In this document: positions 39,935 to 53,500 of the stretch, piece after piece
Numbering within the stretch: position 1 is the first letter of the stretch
Layout: the number at the start of each line of letters is the position of its first letter
Assembly: GCA_012295275.1 (NCBI GenBank)
Contig: CM022665.1
Coordinates: 310,001 to 374,000 of the forward strand
Source: Chrysomallon squamiferum
Lineage: Eukaryota > Animalia > Mollusca
Direction: 5' to 3'
DNA: 64,000 nucleotides
Notes under the pieces: model-generated
What the model was told of the DNA's origin: nothing
The model's input: only the letters and a program-made list of their open reading frames with translations
Database searches by the model: none
Position numbers and translations under genes: made by a program

Positions 39935-42900
39935 GTATATTGTAGATTTATTTCATTGTACTTGATTTATTTATCTGGTTAGTTAGTTTTCTTTTCTTCG
40001 TCTTCTTTTTTTTCGTTTTTTTTTTCTGTTATATTTTTCTTTACTATTGTTATCGTTATTATTATTATTATTATTATTATTGTGTTGTTGTTGTTGTTAC
40101 TGTTATATTATTGATCTTGTCATTACCGTTATTATTATTGTTATTATTAGTTATTATTGTTGATGTTATTGCAGTTATTATTGTTAAATTCATAAAAGGA
40201 TGTAAAATTATTTTTATGAAAGTCTACAAACCATTTGTTTCAAAAGTTAGGTGAAGCAAAGTATGCATATTATTATTATTATTATTATAAAACACACACA
40301 CACACACACAAAAACACAAATACATGTCTAAAATTATTAGTTTTACGTTGTTAACTTTATAAAATATTTCCGTGTACGTCTTTTCTTTTGTGAAACTGAA
40401 ACCTCTGTTATTTGTGACAAGGTTAAAAATGCAGTAAAAGGCACACCTACAAAAACACGCCGATAAAAGCAAGCCGACATAATAGCTGTGTCAGTGCGCC
40501 GTTAGTACGTACAGGTCAAAACTTTGATCAAACTTTAATCCTGACACAAAAGGAATCTGTGATAGGTTTTGACACTATTGTGAACCACTGTCAAAACTGT
40601 TATTTGTGATCATGAAGTTTAAAATAAAAGCACGCCTTCATAAGAATCCCGACATGACTGCACAGCCTTTTTTTATTATTATTATTATTATTATGCAGTT
40701 TTTAACTTTACTTTTTTGTTTAACATTGTTAACATTTTTCACAGCTAATAATGAAGGTTTTCTCGTCGATTTTATTAAATTTATTGGCTCATGTGAAACA
40801 TGCATAGACCTTGGATTTAGTTTTAAGAAAGGTTTAATAATAAAACTAGTATTTTAAATAATGATTACGTTTTATCCTGTTTTACTATATTCATGTAATA
40901 GAGAAAAACGACTTTCTTTTGTATTTGTTACGAGCGACAACGAGAAGGTCACAAAGATTTGTGTCTCCCACTTCTTGAATATCGTTCTCAATAACTGTTA
41001 GAAGTGTACAGAGTAAGTAAGTGTTAAGACAAATATTTAAAATTATTACATTTATGTTGCTAACATTATAAAGTATTTCTTTTTTCTTTCTCTCCTTCAT
41101 GAAACTGAAAGCTCTATTTTTAGAATTGAAGACCTACTATTCCTGACAACATTTCAGTTAAAAATGTCAAAAAACAATAACATTTGGACATTTTTAAATT
41201 TATTTTTACTACTACTACTATTATTATTATTATTATTATATACAGTAAAATATACAAGACAAATCAGTTAGCTAAGAATAAAATGTAAAAACAAGCTAAT
41301 AAACAAACAAATAAACAAACAAAAATAAAAGAAAAGAAAATATACCTACGAATATGTCGAAATTCTACTGGTATCTTATAATTTAGATATAATTTTTATT
41401 TATTTATTTATGAGAGCGTATCAGTAAAACTTTTCACCAGTTTTCACAGGGCGATAACAAAAGTTACTGTTAGACACAAAATGAAAAGTTTACAGTTTTG
41501 CAAGTCGACTCTGTATATTCAGAATATTATACAGAATCAGTTTTTGTTATGTGCCACCATTTAGATCAGTTTTATTCCTGTCAGAGTTGGTTTTATGTAT
41601 AATATATAGGAAAATCCAAAGATTCCAAATTGACCGCTGTTTAATAACAAGAATATTCAAATAAAATAAAATATAGAATACTCTAATATTAATAAATATT
41701 AGTGTATTTGTACTGTAATGAAAGAAATATATTTTAATATTATTATTTTAGTCTACTGAGTACTTGAAAATATTATAAATGTTTGTATTTGTCTATCAGA
41801 AAATATTTCTAGATTTATGAAGAGTAAGTTAAAGTAATAAAATGGAACTAATTTAAAAATAACAACATTTAGAAATTGTTTATTCAAATCTTAGTTGGTC
41901 TTATTAAGGCATAAGACATAGGAAGTTATTATATGAGAAAGGTTTCTTTTACTATAAGAAAAAAAACCATTGTATTCAACAAACTGTAAATAAATAAAAT
42001 AAAATAAAATAAAATAAAATAAAACACATCAATAAATAAATGAAATGAAATATATAAACAAGCAAACAAACAAACAAATAAAAAATGAAAAGATTTGTGG
42101 CTAAGATTATGAGCAGTTCAATGGTTTGCTAAGTTTATTTCTATCGTTACGACGTAGTGACCATCCATAAATATTTTGTTGTCAGTTTTTAATTCACCGA
42201 TGTTCTTTACAGAAATAATTTGATCTGGAATTTTTAGAAGTTTATAAACATTTTAATAACAGTTTTCTATATCTAGTAATTTATGTCTGTAAATATACAT
42301 TTAAGTCTATAGATATATGTATATTTTTTAAATGTATGAAACTGGTTTCAACATTACTTCCTTGTTTACACTGTGTAAATTTTCACAGCTAATAACGATT
42401 TAATTTAGACCTTCGATTTAATTTAGTGAAAAGAGTTTAATAACATGACCAGTGTTTGAAATATTTATTAACATATTTCATTATATTCAGATAACAGAGA
42501 AAACAACCGTTTTTGTATTTATTATAAACGACAACCAAAAGGTCGCAAATACTGAAGTATCTCATTATCACCCTTCTTCAGTATCGTGTATAGAGTGAAT
42601 GTTCAGACAAACATTTAAAATTGTCAGCTTTATTTTGATACCATTAGGAAATATTTCCGTGTTCATTCTTTCTTTTCTGAAACCGAAACCTCTATTTTTA
42701 CAACGGACTAAAATATTTTCGGTAACGTTCGAGAACAGAGCATAATTATACGAGAAAAATCAAAGGAAACATCGATGTGTTTTTCAGTGTGTTTGAGCTG
42801 TTATTTACATAAGTAATATTGATTAGGAATATAGGTAAATTAATAAACATTTTAATAAGTTTTCTTCATCAAGTAATCAGATATTAATGTCCGTAAATAT

Positions 42901-43204
42901 TCTGATACTTTTCAAATATATTAAACTCATTTTAACTTTACTTCCTTGTTTAACTTCGTGTAAATTTCTTAGTAAATATCGAAACTTTTCTGGTCGATTT
43001 TATTCATTACAAGCATTCACGTAAAAAGCACACTGGATTTAATTGAAGAAGAGGAATAACAGGACTAATATTTGAAATAAAAATTACGTTTTAATATATT
43101 TGACTATCTTCAAATCGACATTCTTTTGTATTTGTTACTTGCGATAACGAAAAGGTCACAAACCATTTGTTTGAAAGATTAGGTGAAGCAAAGTATGCAT
43201 ATTA

Positions 43205-43249
<45 letters not shown>

Positions 43250-43876
43250 ACACACACACACAAATCACACACCCACACGAATACATGTCTAAAATCTTTA
43301 GCTTTTTGTTGCTAACATTATAAAATATTTCCGTATACTTCTTTTCTTTAGTGAATCTGAAACCTCTATTATGCCTGACAAGATTCAAATTAAAATATAT
43401 AGAAAATATTTGATTTAAAAAAAAAATTAAATTGTATTTAATTAGTTATTTTATTTAGTTTTGTTTGTTTATTTATATATCTTTCTGAATAAATTATATT
43501 TTATTGTAGTAAAAATGCATATATATATTTTTTAAATTTAAATTACAACTAAGTAAATGCAAATATTGTATGATTTTCCTCTTTTTGTATTTGATATAAA
43601 CGACAACCAAAAGGTTTACAAATAAAAATAAACGTTCTTGTATATTTTTTCCTATATGCTTGATATTAAAAACGTACCCAGATTTGAATAAATATTTTCT
43701 AAATCTTTTGTTATGATATTTTTCTACTGGGCGGTAACAAAAGTTGCTGTTAGGAAATAAAATAGTCTGAAAAAATAAAAATGTCGTGTTCAGTAGAATT
43801 ATATATTTGTATGTCATTTCCATCATCATCACCATCTTAATTATTATTATTGTTGCTGTTGTTGTTGTTGTTGCTG

Positions 43877-43908
<32 letters not shown>

Positions 43909-45394
43909 CTGAATTGTATATATGAATGTATGTACGTATGTATGTATATATGTATGTATGTATATATGTATGTATGTATGTATGTATTTATGTATGCATA
44001 AGTATATATGAATGTATGTACGTATGTATGTATGTGTGTATGTATGTATCTATGTTTGTATGTATGTATGTATGCATGAGTATATATGAATGTATGTACG
44101 TATGTATGTATGTGTGCTTGCGTGTGTGCTTGCGTGTGTGCATGCGTGCATGTATATGAATGTATGCATATTTATATGTATGTATTTGTGTGTGTGAATA
44201 TGTATGTTTGTATATATGAACGTATGTCTGTGTATAAATGCACGTACATATGTATGTTCCGATGTATGTATGTTTATGTGTATAGGCCTATGTATGTGCA
44301 TTTGTATGGATGAATGTATGTACGTACGTATGTATATATGTGCATGTATGTATATATTTAATATTCTAAATTACATGACCAAGCCAGATAACTTTATATG
44401 TTTGTTTGTTTGTTTGTTAAGATCAGATAACTTTTCAATGGAGTTTAATAGACAGTGCTCTGTGAACCACACCCCTGAAGCTACGACCTGGACTCGTGCG
44501 ATATTTGATGTACCTTCTTTGTTAAATAAGTAAAAAGAAAACATTAAGAAAAATAAAGAGTCTGTAAGCGGTATTAGTCTATAACTCAGAACATTTAGAA
44601 ATGTTACTAATGTGAATGAGAGCTTAAGTATATCTCAGTCTGTGTTTAAGAAAAAAAATAGAAAATATAAATAAAAAAATAAATAATGTTTGAGGCTAAG
44701 TTATAAGACTTTTGTCATTTTTTAATTTATTTGTTTCTTCTCCTTTTTATAAGAAACCTGTGATATTTTTCTACGGGGCGGTAACAAAAGCTTCTGTTAG
44801 ACACAATATAAACAGTTTACAGTTTTGCAAGTCTCCTCTGTGTTTTCAGAATATCGTCAATAATCTGTTTTTGGTATTGTGTCACCATTTAGATCAGTTT
44901 TATTCGTGTCAAAGTTGGTTTTATGGACAACGTACAGGAAAATCGAAAAATTCAAAATTAACCACATTTAACAGCAAGCGTATTCAAACAAAATAAATTG
45001 CAGTAACTGTAATATAAATAAAGATTAGTGTATTTTTCCTGTAATAAAAGTAATATATTTTAATATTATATTTTATGCGTGGCAAATTAGTCCACTGAGT
45101 ATAACGTACATGAAAATATTACAAATATTTATATTTGTTTATCAGAAAATCTTTCTAGATTTATGAAACGAGAGTTAAAGTAATAAAAATGGAATTATAA
45201 TAACAACATCTAGAAAATGTTTATTCAATTGTGAGTTCGTCTTATTAAGGCATAAGAAAGTTCACCATGTAAACAATATACCTAGTTGTAGTACTATTAA
45301 TATTTAGTTAACTAGGATATAAATAAATAAAATGAAGTGAAATGAAATGAAATAAAATAAAATAAAATGAGATTTTTCCGTATCAGTGGTTCAA

Positions 45395-45553
45395 TGGAAA
45401 GTCGCCATGTTTATGTCACTTTGTACACGTAATTTGAGTCACGTGATCGTTACCACGCAGAGACGACCTGTATGTTTTGTTTTCTCTTTTTAACATATTG
45501 ATGTGTTTGGGTCGTTCTTTACAGAAATAATTTGATTAGGAATTTGGGTAAGT
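45395..45553 (+). promoter_or_regulatory. Promoter-like module with candidate non-coding first-exon donor
   Basis: gtcgccatgttt (YY1-like) at 45401, gtcacgtgat (E-box) at 45438, gg|gtaagt at 45548. Confidence 0.35.
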
Positions 45554-46454
45554 CGATAAACATTGTAATAACAGTTTTCTATATCCAGTAATCAGATATT
45601 TATGTTTGTAAATACGCTGATTTTTTCAAACAGATTCTAACATTACTTCCTCTTTGTAAATTTTATATCAAATATTGAAGTGGTTTTATTCGATTCAAAC
45701 ACTCCAGTAAAATGGACATGGACCTTACATTTAGTTAAAGAGCTTATTAACATGACAGTTTATGAAATAATGATTACGTTTTAACCTGTTTTACCACATT
45801 CAGATAACAGAAAAAACGACCTTCCTTTGTATTTGTTACGAGCGACAACGAAAAGGTCACAAATATTGACCCGTTTGTGTCGCCCATTCTTGAATATCGT
45901 TTTCAGTAACAGTTAAAAGTTCATAGACTACGTGCTAAAACAAATATTTAAAATTATTAGTTTTGTGTTGCTTTATATTATAAAATATTTCCGTGTTTTA
46001 GTTTCTTTCTTTTTTTTTTTTCTTCTTCTTCTTTTTTTGGTTTCTTTATGAAACTGAAACTTGTATGAACGAAAATATTTCCGAGAATGTTCGAGAAGAC
46101 TTAACTGCCTGCAGTGGTAGTAGCTAGATTTGAATAAACATTAGTAGTTCTGTAAAAGATAAATTTGTTAGTTTAATGATTTCTTAACTGTGATGAAAGA
46201 ACACAACATTTTGTTTGATGTTTTAATTGATTGACTGAATGTTATCAGATTAAACTTTGGTAAAGTTCATACTTACATCAGACTACATGTATAGTACATG
46301 TTATTTTATTTCTTGAGGTCAGTAATCAATATAGAATCAGTTTGTCTACAAATTTAACACGTTCCAGTGTTTTATTAATAATTATACTCAAATTAAATTT
46401 ATTTAAATTTAGAAACTGCTTAAATTGTCAAAGTAAAAGACACAGTCAGAAAGA

Positions 46455-46491
46455 ATGAAGAGAAACTTGAATCTATTTATAGAGCAATCTG
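46455..46491 (+). CDS. Candidate first coding exon (MKRNLNLFIEQS), phase-1 donor
   Basis: Acceptor tttag| at 46411-46412, ATG at 46455, g|gtgcgt; phase matches downstream cassette exons. Confidence 0.3.
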
Positions 46492-47505
46492 GTGCGTAAC
46501 AGAGATTTTCCTTGTATTAACCTTTGTTACTTCAGTTTTATGTCTGATAACATCACACTTTATTTATTTGTATCTGGGATAATACGCATTAAATGTAAAT
46601 GAGCAGTACAATCATGAAAACGTAGATTATCAGAAGTATTAATTTCTGCGTGGTGTTTTAGAAAACAAAATATCGTCTCCAGATCACGAGATGAATCATC
46701 AATATATTAAGACATTTCATAAGCGTGGAGTTTCATTAATGTCCTGGTTTCGTTTTCAAATAGTTTTTCTGTCTGTGATTTTGTGCATTTTTATAATCTG
46801 AATGACTACTACATGAATATAATAGGTGAAAAAGAATTATTTTCTTACAAACGTTAGCTGATATTAATTTTACACATTTTATGTTTATCGATATTTCTGA
46901 AATTACAAATTGGAAGATGATGAAAGAACACAGACAGTAGTAAAAAATAAAAATATCGTTATATGATTAAACCTTGTTTGTTTAGTGTCATTCTTTATTT
47001 AACATGTGACGCTCGTTTTATTAAAACTTAATTTGCATGGTCACCCTCCGTAATGATGTCTGACTTGAGGGTATTCGTAAAGTTCTTGTTGTTTTTTTGT
47101 TTTTTTCTAATCTTTATTTTTATTTATTTGTTTGTTTATTTATTACTGTTATTATTATTAAAAGGAGCAGTATTTAATAGATCCGTAAGCTCTGTTTCTG
47201 ACAGTTATTTGCAGATACGGAGAAACACTTTTTGCATTTTGTATTGTAAGTGAAACGCGTACTCATCTGAGGAAAACGCTGAAATTTCTATCTCGATGTC
47301 GTCTGTGGATGCTTAGAACAATTCATCCTTACAACTCAAAATCTCGGTTCTAGATTGGCGAGAAAAATCACGAATATAACTGATCCTTTTAAAAAAAATT
47401 AGTGAAAACTGCATCGCCTATATCTAATGTAAAATCATAACAGTGTGACGAACCACACTTCACAGATGTTAATTTTAAAATGTTTGTTTTGATTTCATCT
47501 TACAG

Positions 47506-50500
47506 AACTTACAGAGCTAAGTGATAAGCAGGTGAAGATGATAAAGAGGATCTTACATCCTTTAGGTACTTTTACACCTTCTTGAACGTAACTTATAAAG
47601 TCACTGTCATATACTTAATCTACTGATGTTTTGTTTGGTAAACAACCTGTTTTTAAGTATTTATTTCTTAATCAATACCTGTAAAAAAAAAGAAATAATT
47701 GCCTGTACATCCAATTATTTAGTACGGCTATAAAATATTGATATATAGTAATTTCAGTAGCTGATAGAGCCCTATCCTGATTTTACCTCACTCATGCCTT
47801 TCAATGAATATACGAACATCAACATCTATTATTTATTTTAATTAGTGAACGTTTGTCAGTGATTTTGAATTATTGCAAGTCAGACAAATGTCTCCTTTAT
47901 TTCCTGGTTTTAAAAATTATCCCAAAAGATAAGCGTGGAGTTTCATTAATGTCCTGGTTTCGTTTTCAAATAGTTTTTCTGTCTGTGATTTTGTGCATTT
48001 TTTATAATCTGAATGACTACTACATGAATATAATAGGTGAAAAAATTATTTTCTTACAAACGTTAGCTGATATTAATTTTACACATTTTATGTTTATCCA
48101 TATTTCTGAAATTACAGGTTTAACCTATGAAACAACGGAAATCATGTGTCACAAAACTTGTTCAACTTTAAGTGAAGTTGAAAACAGCACAATAAAAGGT
48201 ATGTACAATTTAATTTGTTTTGTTTTTTTTACAATTTTTTAAATTAAATATTTTTGGAAGATGATGAAAGAACACAGACAGTAGTAAAAAATAAAAATAT
48301 CGTTATATGATTAAACCTTGTTTGTTTAGTGTCATTCTTTATGTAACATGTGACGCTCGTTTTATTAAAACGTAATTTGCATGGTCACCCTCCGTAATGA
48401 TGTCTGACTTGAGGGTATTCGTAAAGTTCTTGTTGTTTTTGTGTTTTTTTCTAATCTTTATTTTTATTTATTTGTTTGTTTGTTTATTTATTACTGTTAT
48501 TATTATTAAAAGGAGCAGTATTTAATAGATCCGTAAGCTCTGTTTCTGACAGTTATTTGCAGATACGGAGAAACACTTTTTGCATTTTGTATTGTAAGTG
48601 AAACGCGTACTCATCTGAGGAAAACACTGAAATTTCTATCTCGATGTCGTCTGTGGATGCTTAGAACAATTCGTCCTTACAACTCAAAATCTCGGTTCTA
48701 GATTGGCGAGAAAAATCACGAATATAACTGATCCTTTTAAACAAAATTAGTGAAAACTGCATCGCCTATATCTAATGTAAAATCATAACAGTGTGACGAA
48801 CCACACTTCACAGATGTTAATTTTAAAATGTTTGTTTTGATTTCATCTTACAGAACTTACAGAGCTAAGTGATAAGCAGGTGAAGATCATAAAGAGTAAC
48901 ATTCAGTCATCAGGTACTTTTACACCTTCTTGAACGTAACTTATAAAGTCACTGTCATATACTTAATCTACTGATGTTTTGTTTGGTAAACAACCTGTTT
49001 TTAAGTATTTATTTCTTAATCAATACCTGGAAAGCAAAGAAATAATTGCCTGTACATCCAATTATTTAGTACGGCTATAAAATATTGATATATAGTAATT
49101 TCAGTAGCTGATAGAGCCCTATCCTGATTTTACCTCACTCATGCCTTTCAATGAATATACGAACATCAACATCTATTATTTATTTTAATTAGTGAACGTT
49201 TGTCAGTGATTTTGAATTATTGCAAGTCAGACAAATGTCTCCTTTATTTCCTGGTTTTAAAAATTATCCCAAAAGATAAGCGTGGAGTTTCATTAATGTC
49301 CTGGTTTCGTTTTCAAATAGTTTTTCTGTCTGTGATTTTGTGCATTTTTATAATCTGAATGACTACTACATGAATATAATAGGTGAAAAAAAGAATTATT
49401 TTCTTACAAACGTTAGCTGATATTAATTTTACACATTTTATGTTTATCCATATTTCTGAAATTACAGGTTTAACCTATGAAACAACGGAAATCATGTGTC
49501 ACAAAAAACTTGTTCAACTTTAAGTGAAGTTGAAAACAGCACAATAAAAGGTATGTACAATTTAATTTGTTTTGTTTTTTTTTTACAATTTTTAAATTAA
49601 ATATTTTTGGAAGATGATGAAAGAACACAGACAGTAGTAAAAAAAAAAAATATCGTTATATGATTAAACCTTGTTTGTTTAGTGTCATTCTTTATGTAAC
49701 ATGTGACGCTCGTTTTATTAAAACGTAATTTGCATGGTCACCCTCCGTAATGATGTCTGACTTGAGGGTATTCGTAAAGTTCTTGTTGTTTTTGTGTTTT
49801 TTTCTAATCTTTATTTTTATTTATTTGTTTGTTTATTTATTACTGTTATTATTATTAAAAGGGAGCAGTATTTAATAGATCCGTAAGCTCTGTTTCTGAC
49901 AGTTATTTGCAGATACGGAGAAACACTTTTGCATTTTGTATTGAAAGTGAAACGCGTACTCATCTAAGGAAAACGCTGAAATTTCTATCTCGATGTCGTC
50001 TGTGGATGCTTAGAACAATTCATCCTTACAACTCAAAATCTCGGTTCTAGATTGGCGAGAAAAATCACGAATATAACTGATCCTTTTAAACAAAATTAGT
50101 GAAAACTGCATCGCCTATATCTAATGTAAAATCATAACAGTGTGACGAACCACACTTCACAGATGTTAATTTTAAAATGTTTGTTTTGATTTCATCTTAC
50201 AGAACTTACAGAGCTAAGTGATAAGCAGGTGAAGATGATAAAGAGGATCTTTCATGCTTTACGTACTTTTACACCTTCTTGAACGTAACTTATAAAGTCA
50301 CTGTCATATACTTAATCTACTGATGTTTTGTTTGGTAAACAACCTGTTTTTAAGTATTTATTTCTTAATCAATACCTGGAAAGCAAAGAAATAATTGCCT
50401 GTACATCCAATTATTTAGTACGGCTATAAAATATTGATATATAGTAATTTCAGTAGCTGATAGAGCCCTATCCTGATTTTACCTCACTCATGCCTTTCAA

Positions 50501-53500
50501 TGAATATACGAACATCAACATCTATTATTTATTTTAATTAGTGAACGTTTGTCAGTGATTTCGAATTATTGCAAGTCAGACAAATGTCTCCTTTATTTCC
50601 TGGTTTTAAAAATTATACCAAAAGATAAGCGTGGAGTTTCATTAATGTCCTGGTTTCGTTTTCAAATAGTTTTTCTGTCTGTGATTTTGTGCATTTTTAT
50701 AATCTGAATGACTACTACATGAATATAATAGGTGAAAAAATTATTTTCTTACAAACGTTAGCTGATATTAATTTTACACATTTTATGTTTATCCATATTT
50801 CTGAAATTACAGGTTTAACCTATGAAACAACGGAAATCATGTGTCACAAAACTTGTTCAACTTTAAGTGAAGTTGAAAACAGCACAATAAAAGGTATGTA
50901 CAATTTAATTTGTTTTGTTTTTTTTACAATTTTTTAAATTAAATATTTTTGGAAGATGATGAAAGAACACAGACAGTAGTAAAAAATAAAAATATCGTTA
51001 TATGATTAAACCTTGTTTGTTTAGTGTCATTCTTTATGTAACATGTGACGCTCGTTTTATTAAAACGTAATTTGCATGGTCACCCTCCGTAATGATGTCT
51101 GACTTGAGGGTATTCGTAAAGTTCTTGTTGTTTTTGTGTTTTTTTCTAATCTTTATTTTTATTTATTTGTTTGTTTATTTATTACTGTTATTATTATTAA
51201 AAGGAGCAGTATTTAATAGATCCGTAAGCTCTGTTTCTGACAGTTATTTGCAGATACGGAGAAACACTTTTTGCATTTTGTATTGAAAGTGAAACGCGTA
51301 CTCATCTAAGGAAAACGCTGAAATTTCTATCTCGATGTCGTCTGTGGATGCTTAGAACAATTCATCCTTACAACTCAAAATCTCGGTTCTAGATTGGCGA
51401 GAAAAATCACGAATATAACTGATCCTTTTAAACAAAATTAGTGAAAACTGCATCGCCTATATCTAATGTAAAATCATAACAGTGTGACGAACCACACTTC
51501 ACAGATGTTAATTTTAAAATGTTTGTTTTTGATTTCATCTTACAGAACTTACAGAGCTAAGTGATAAGCAGGTGAAGATGATAAAGAGGATCTTTCATGC
51601 TTTACGTACTTTTACACCTTCTTGAACGTAACTTATAAAGTCACTGTCATATACTTAATCTACTGATGTTTTGTTTGGTAAACAACCTGTTTTTAAGTAT
51701 TTATTTCTTAATCAATACCTGGAAAGCAAAGAAATAATTGCCTGTACATCCAATTATTTAGTACGGCTATAAAATATTGATATATAGTAATTTCAGTAGC
51801 TGATAGAGCCCTATCCTGATTTTACCTCCTCATGCCTTTCAATGAATATACGAACATCAACATCTATTATTTATTTTAATTAGTGAACGTTTGTCAGTGA
51901 TTTCGAATTATTGCAAGTCAGACAAATGTCTCCTTTATTTCCTGGTTTTAAAAATTATCCCAAAAGATAAGCGTGGAGTTTCATTAATGTCCTGGTTTCG
52001 TTTTCAAATAGTTTTTCTGTCTGTGATTTTGTGCATTTTTATAATCTGAATGACTACTACATGAATATAATAGGTGAAAAATTATTTTCTTACAAACGTT
52101 AGCTGATATTAATTTTACACATTTTATGTTTTCCATATTTCTGAAATTACAGGTTTAACCTATGAAACAACGGAAATCATGGCACAAAAACTTGTTCCAC
52201 TTTAAAGTGAAGTTGAAAACAGCACAATAAAAGGTATGTACAATTTAATTTGTTTTGTTTTTTTTACAATTTTTTAAATTAAATATTTTTGGAAGATGAT
52301 GAAAGAACACAGACAGTAGTAAAAAATAAAAATATCTTATTACATGATTAAACCTTGTTTGTTTAGTGTCATTCTTTATGTAACACGTCACGCTCGTTTT
52401 ATTAAAACGTAATTTGCATAGTCCCTCCGTAATGATGTCTGACTTGAGGGTATTCGTAAAGTTCTTGTTGTTTTTGTGTTTTTTTCTAATCTTTATTTTT
52501 ATTTATTTGTTTGTTTATTTATTACTGTTATTATTATTAAATGGGCACCATTTAATATATCCGTAAGCTCTGTTTCTGACAGTCATTTGCAGATACGGAG
52601 AAACGCTTTTTGCATTTTGTATTGTAAGTGAAACGGGTACTCATCTAAGGAAAACGCTGAAATTTGTACCTCGATGTCGTCTGTCGATTCTTAGAACAAC
52701 TCATCCTCACAACTCATAATCTAGATTTTAGATTGGCGAGATAAATCATGAATATAATTGATCCTTTTAAACAAAATTACTGAAAACTGCATCGCCTATA
52801 TCTAATGTAAAATCATAACAGTGTGACGAACCACACTTCACAGATGTTAATTTTTAAATGTTTGTTTTAATTTCATCTTACAGAACTTAAAGAGCTAAGT
52901 GATAAGCAGGTGAAGATGATAAAGAGGATCTTTCAGCCTTTAGGTACTTTTACACGTTCTTGAACCTAACTTATCAAGTGATTGTCATGTATTTAATCTT
53001 CTGTACTTTTATGTGGTAAAGAACTCTGTTTTATTCTTTATCAACAATACCTGTGAAGCAAAGAAATAATTGCCTATACATTCACTTATTTAGTACGCAA
53101 TATAATATTGATATATCGTAATTTCAGTAGCTCACAGGACCCTACCCTGATTTTACCTCACTCATACCTTGCAATTAATATACGAACGTCAACATCTATT
53201 GTTTATTTTAATTAGTGAATGTTTGTCAGTGATTTGGAATTATTGCAAGTGAGACAAATTTCCCTTCGTTTCCCAGTTTTAAGAATTATCCCAAAAGATA
53301 AGCGTGGAGTTTCATTAATGTCCTGGTTTCGTTTTCAAATAGTTTATCTGTCTGTGACTTTGTGCATTTTTATAATCTGAATGACAACTACATGAATATA
53401 TTACATGAATAATTACTTTCTTATAAACGTTAGCTGATGTTAATTTTACACATTTTATGTTTTCTGTATTTCTGAAATTACAGGTTTAACCTATGAACTA

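Larger units (their letters stand above)
34500..46722 (+). repeat. Right arm of inverted duplication; itself a mosaic of diverged ~1.5-2.5 kb modules upstream of the exon array
   Basis: See left arm; recurring motifs aaaatatttccgtgt, gcgacaacgaaaaggtcacaaatattgaccc, ttaataacatgacc. Left boundary approximate. Confidence 0.9.

Noticed and set aside
47853-48242. 129-aa ORF and related ORFs in the array (50689, 47053, 51092, 53721, 56369, 57582, 58872)
   Set aside because: Not kept between near-identical units; only the AG/GT-bounded exon A part is conserved in frame
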